Assembly (NCBI GenBank): GCA_025362095.1
Contig: JANYIJ010000100.1
Span: forward strand, 775-64,774
Source of the DNA: Gemmatimonadota bacterium
Lineage (GTDB): Bacteria > Gemmatimonadota > Gemmatimonadetes > Gemmatimonadales > Gemmatimonadaceae
Direction of reading: 5' to 3'
DNA: 64,000 nt
This document shows, in pieces, positions 61,404-64,000 of the stretch. Position numbers and translations under genes: made by a program. Positions within the stretch are counted from its first letter, which is position 1; every line of letters starts with the position of its first letter. A model generated the notes under the pieces. The model searched no databases, was not told the DNA's origin, and saw only the letters and a program-made list of their open reading frames with translations.

Positions 61404-63224
61404 TTAGAGCCGCGGCTTGGTCGACCTCGGCACATGCCCGCAGTTCGCCGGCCATCCCTCCGGCCACGTTCCCGGAGATCTATCGCGCTTGATGAAGTCC
61501 GGATCTTCGGACGCGAGGTAGGCGAGCATCGCCGCCAGCGTCGCGTTGTGCTTGAGATCGTCGATCACGACTTTGTCGTAGGTGTCGCGATTGGTGTGCC
61601 AGGTGTACGAGCTGTAGTTCCAGCCCACCGCGCCCATGCCGAACGACGGCGTGCCAAAGCACGCGAACACCGCGCCGTCGGTCCCGCCGGGATTTCCTGT
61701 CGGCACATCGTTGAAGCTCCACGAGACGACGTTCGGGCTCAGGCTGTCGGTGTAGAACGGCGGAAGTTTTCCATACCACGATTTCAAGTGACGACCGATG
61801 TCGCTGAGTCCTGACGACGACACCGACTGCACGCGCCCCGTTCCGTTGTCCTGATTGAACAGCGCCTGCAGTCCCTTCATCACTTCAGGATGATCTTCGG
61901 TGTATGCTGTGGAGCCGTTCAGGCCCTGTTCCTCGCTAGCCCAGTGGCCCACGATGATCGTGCGCTTGGGATGCGGGTACACCGCCTTCAGAATGCGCAT
62001 CGCTTCCATCGCCATCATCGTGCCGGTGCCGTTGTCCGTTGCGCCTGACGATCCGTCCCACGAATCGAAGTGCGCGGAGAGCATCACGTACTCGTTCGGC
62101 TTCTCCGATCCCTTGATCGTCGCGACGGTGTTGAACACTGGCTGTTCGCCGAGGAGGCTCGCGTCGAGCTCGAGACGCAGCATCGGCTTCTGCCTGTTCT
62201 CTGCGAGACGGAAGACGAGCCCGTAGTCTTCGCAGTCGAGCGTGACCGCGGGTGCGAGCGTGTTGTACGTCTCGAAGATTTCCGTCGTGCCCCAGCCGCC
62301 GCTCCCCTGCGGAGCGTTGGCGCCGTTGCGGCCGCCTCCGGCTGCCGCTGCTGCTGTGCCGGCACCGCCGCCACGATCGCTCGCGCCGCCCGGCGCATTG
62401 CCGCCGCCACGACCGCCGCGTCCGCCACCCGCGCCGCCGCGTCCACCTGCGCCCGCTGCGGCGAGCGGGTTCGGGAATCCGGAGATTTTCGGCCGCGACG
62501 AAATCGTCGCGAGCACGCCGGCTTTCTCGAGACGCGTGCCGAGCGTGCCGGTGCCGAGCGCGAGCGAATATCCTGTGCCGCGATAGAGCTTGGTGCTGTC
62601 GGGTCTGCCGTCAGGGCCCGCGATCGCGGCCCAGTCGCGCTGCATTATCGCGATCTCGCTATCGATGCGCGCCATCGATTCGCCTGTTGACCAGCGGAAC
62701 CAATCTTCAGACGGACGGCACGTCGGCCACGCCGGCGAAACCATCACGATCTTTCCCTTCGCCTGCGGCAGCCACTTCACGAACTCCGTGCTGTCATTGA
62801 AACGCGGGAGCACGATGACTTCGGCGTTGACCGCCTTGCCATTCGTGCCCGGACTCCACGCGAGCATGGTGCCGTCGAGCGTGCGCACGCGCGGGCTCAT
62901 GAGATCGATGTGCGACGTGCCGCGACGCCATCCACGCCAAGTGCCGTAGTTCTCACGCTTCGCGTCGATGCCCCACGACTTGTATTGATTGATCGCCCAG
63001 TTACTCGCCGCGAGAATGCCCGGGCTGCCCGTGAGGCGCGGTCCGACGGAATCGAACAGCGCCTGCGACAGCTGCTTCACGTGCGAGCTGTCCATGCCGA
63101 CGCGCCAGATGCGCGCGATGTTCGGATCGGACGATGCGCCGTCGCCGGGGCGCTGCGCGATGAGTGGCGAGGAGACGAGGAGGGCGGCTGCGCCGGCGAC
63201 CAAAACTCTGCGAATCTGTTTCAT
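61404..63224 (-). CDS. Exported M28-family metallopeptidase with large Gly/Arg/Ala-rich insert
   Basis: Signal MKQIRRVLVAGAAALLVSSPLIAQ. M28 metal-binding core SAHFDSWDGSSGATDNGTGTMMAMEAMR and WASEEQGLNGS. Start set at 63224. Confidence 0.85.
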   Translation of the reverse strand: MKQIRRVLVAGAAALLVSSPLIAQRPGDGASSDPNIARIWRVGMDSSHVKQLSQALFDSVGPRLTGSPGILAASNWAINQYKSWGIDAKRENYGTWRGWRRGTSHIDLMSPRVRTLDGTMLAWSPGTNGKAVNAEVIVLPRFNDSTEFVKWLPQAKGKIVMVSPAWPTCRPSEDWFRWSTGESMARIDSEIAIMQRDWAAIAGPDGRPDSTKLYRGTGYSLALGTGTLGTRLEKAGVLATISSRPKISGFPNPLAAAGAGGRGGAGGGRGGRGGGNAPGGASDRGGGAGTAAAAAGGGRNGANAPQGSGGWGTTEIFETYNTLAPAVTLDCEDYGLVFRLAENRQKPMLRLELDASLLGEQPVFNTVATIKGSEKPNEYVMLSAHFDSWDGSSGATDNGTGTMMAMEAMRILKAVYPHPKRTIIVGHWASEEQGLNGSTAYTEDHPEVMKGLQALFNQDNGTGRVQSVSSSGLSDIGRHLKSWYGKLPPFYTDSLSPNVVSWSFNDVPTGNPGGTDGAVFACFGTPSFGMGAVGWNYSSYTWHTNRDTYDKVVIDDLKHNATLAAMLAYLASEDPDFIKRDRSPGTWPEGWPANCGHVPRSTKPRL

Positions 63225-63243
63225 GCGATCGTAAACTCCGGGA

Positions 63244-63726
63244 CTATGTGTTGAGCTTCTCCGCCACTTCAACAATTCCGGGCCAGCCAGCGGCGCTGTA
63301 GCGCGCCAGTGTGTGCAAATAACGCGCGCCGTCCTCTCCATGTTGTTCCAGCACTTTCGCCGCCGCCAGTTTGACCTTGTCAGCGCCGACAAACGGCGGC
63401 TGCAAGTCTTCGGGCATAACGCCCTTTTCGTGCGGGACGCCGGCGGTGTCGAGAAAGTCGATCTGGATCATCGGCTCGAGCTGCACATAGAGCAAATGCA
63501 GCAGGTCGAGTTCGTCCTGCGGCTGCTCGGCCTTCATGCGCACGATTTCGCGCGCGAGTTTTTCGGCGGGCCATGCGTTGATCGTGACGGCGCGGAATCC
63601 ACCGCCGCGGGAGAGCAGGCGAGCCGTGTAGAGGGCGCGCGCTTCGCGGTTGGCGGACATCGCGCTCATGAGAAGGGAGATGCGCTTCTCGGCGGGGAGG
63701 GAGCGATACGGTGAGAGGATTGGCAT
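63244..63726 (-). CDS. Hypothetical protein
   Basis: 160-aa ORF with coding-like composition and no shadow gene opposite. I recognise no motif. Confidence 0.5.
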   Translation of the reverse strand: MPILSPYRSLPAEKRISLLMSAMSANREARALYTARLLSRGGGFRAVTINAWPAEKLAREIVRMKAEQPQDELDLLHLLYVQLEPMIQIDFLDTAGVPHEKGVMPEDLQPPFVGADKVKLAAAKVLEQHGEDGARYLHTLARYSAAGWPGIVEVAEKLNT

Positions 63727-63801
63727 CCTCAAAACTACACGACATCAGACGCAAGCTGTCGGTGCTTCGCTATCAGACAACTGCCTCATTACAGTTCTGC
63801 T

Positions 63802-64000
63802 ATGGCAGAATCGATGGATGCGCTCCTCAGTCTTCTGGACCTCGAGCCGCTCGAGGTCAACATTTACCGCGGCACCAACCGCGACCTCGGCACCGGCCGC
63901 GTGTTCGGCGGGCAGGTGTTCGCGCAGGCACTGGTCGCGGCGCGTCGCACTGTCGATGGCGATCGCGAGGCACACTCGGCGCATGGGTATTTCATCTTGC
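63802..64000 (+). CDS. tesB: Acyl-CoA thioesterase II, N-terminal fragment (runs off the window)
   Basis: Not in the track. My translation from ATG 63802 is MAESMDALLSLLDLEPLEVNIYRGTNRDLGTGRVFGGQVFAQALVAARRTV...HSAHGYFIL. It matches the TesB N-terminus pattern (LL.LL.LE......F.G......G...VFGGQV..QAL.AA..TV......HS.H.YF). Confidence 0.8.
   Translation, partial: MAESMDALLSLLDLEPLEVNIYRGTNRDLGTGRVFGGQVFAQALVAARRTVDGDREAHSAHGYFIL

Noticed and set aside
1-64000. Search by eye for tRNA, rRNA, tmRNA or riboswitch-like conserved cores in the few intergenic gaps
   Set aside because: The gaps are short (mostly under 120 nt) and I recognised no cloverleaf or conserved riboswitch motif. A covariance-model scan (tRNAscan-SE or Infernal) would be needed to be definitive.

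Overview
High-G+C (about two-thirds G+C by eye), very gene-dense bacterial chromosomal segment. I call about 55 protein-coding genes. I found no rRNA, tRNA, CRISPR array, transposase or integrase. Signal peptides ending in ...AQ, many twin-arginine leaders and the gene content suggest a soil Gemmatimonadota- or Acidobacteriota-like organism; this is inference only. Most long ORFs in the six-frame track are Arg/Ala/Pro-rich antisense or out-of-frame shadows of the real genes. Many real genes start well inside the listed ORF, and I re-derived those starts from the sequence.

Content in order:
- A sugar-salvage-like operon: nucleotidyltransferase tail, TAT-exported GH109-like glycosidase, Na+/solute symporter, GHMP sugar kinase.
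- An acyl-CoA synthetase and a vapBC toxin-antitoxin pair.
- A cstA / S9 peptidase / ybdD / ribokinase string.
- An isocitrate dehydrogenase family gene, a metallophosphoesterase and a SprT-like protease.
- gcdH, an SDR gene, etfBA and an EtfD-like membrane Fe-S oxidoreductase.
- A long run of exported hydrolases: DUF1028, an esterase, S15, M24 and M28 peptidases, two amidases and a formamidase.
- Two paralogous TAT-exported two-domain VOC proteins.
- A desaturase and fabH.
- A beta-helix/PA14 protein.
- PPK2, DUF1003 and a beta-carbonic anhydrase.
- A methyltransferase and a Ser/Thr kinase.
- An ArsR-like regulator next to a 1260-aa membrane protein whose patatin/cPLA2-like catalytic motifs are split by about 800 residues of multi-pass membrane domain.

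Most unusual observations:
1. The split, membrane-embedded patatin-like giant.
2. A ~214-nt near-perfect long inverted repeat with 6-nt periodicity that fills a convergent intergenic region and runs into a gene's last codons.
3. Arg/Gly-rich (RGG-like) low-complexity loops recurring in at least five unrelated exported enzymes.
4. A 22-nt identical heptamer-repeat block present inside two unrelated coding regions.

Nothing here can be called a proven new system from sequence alone.
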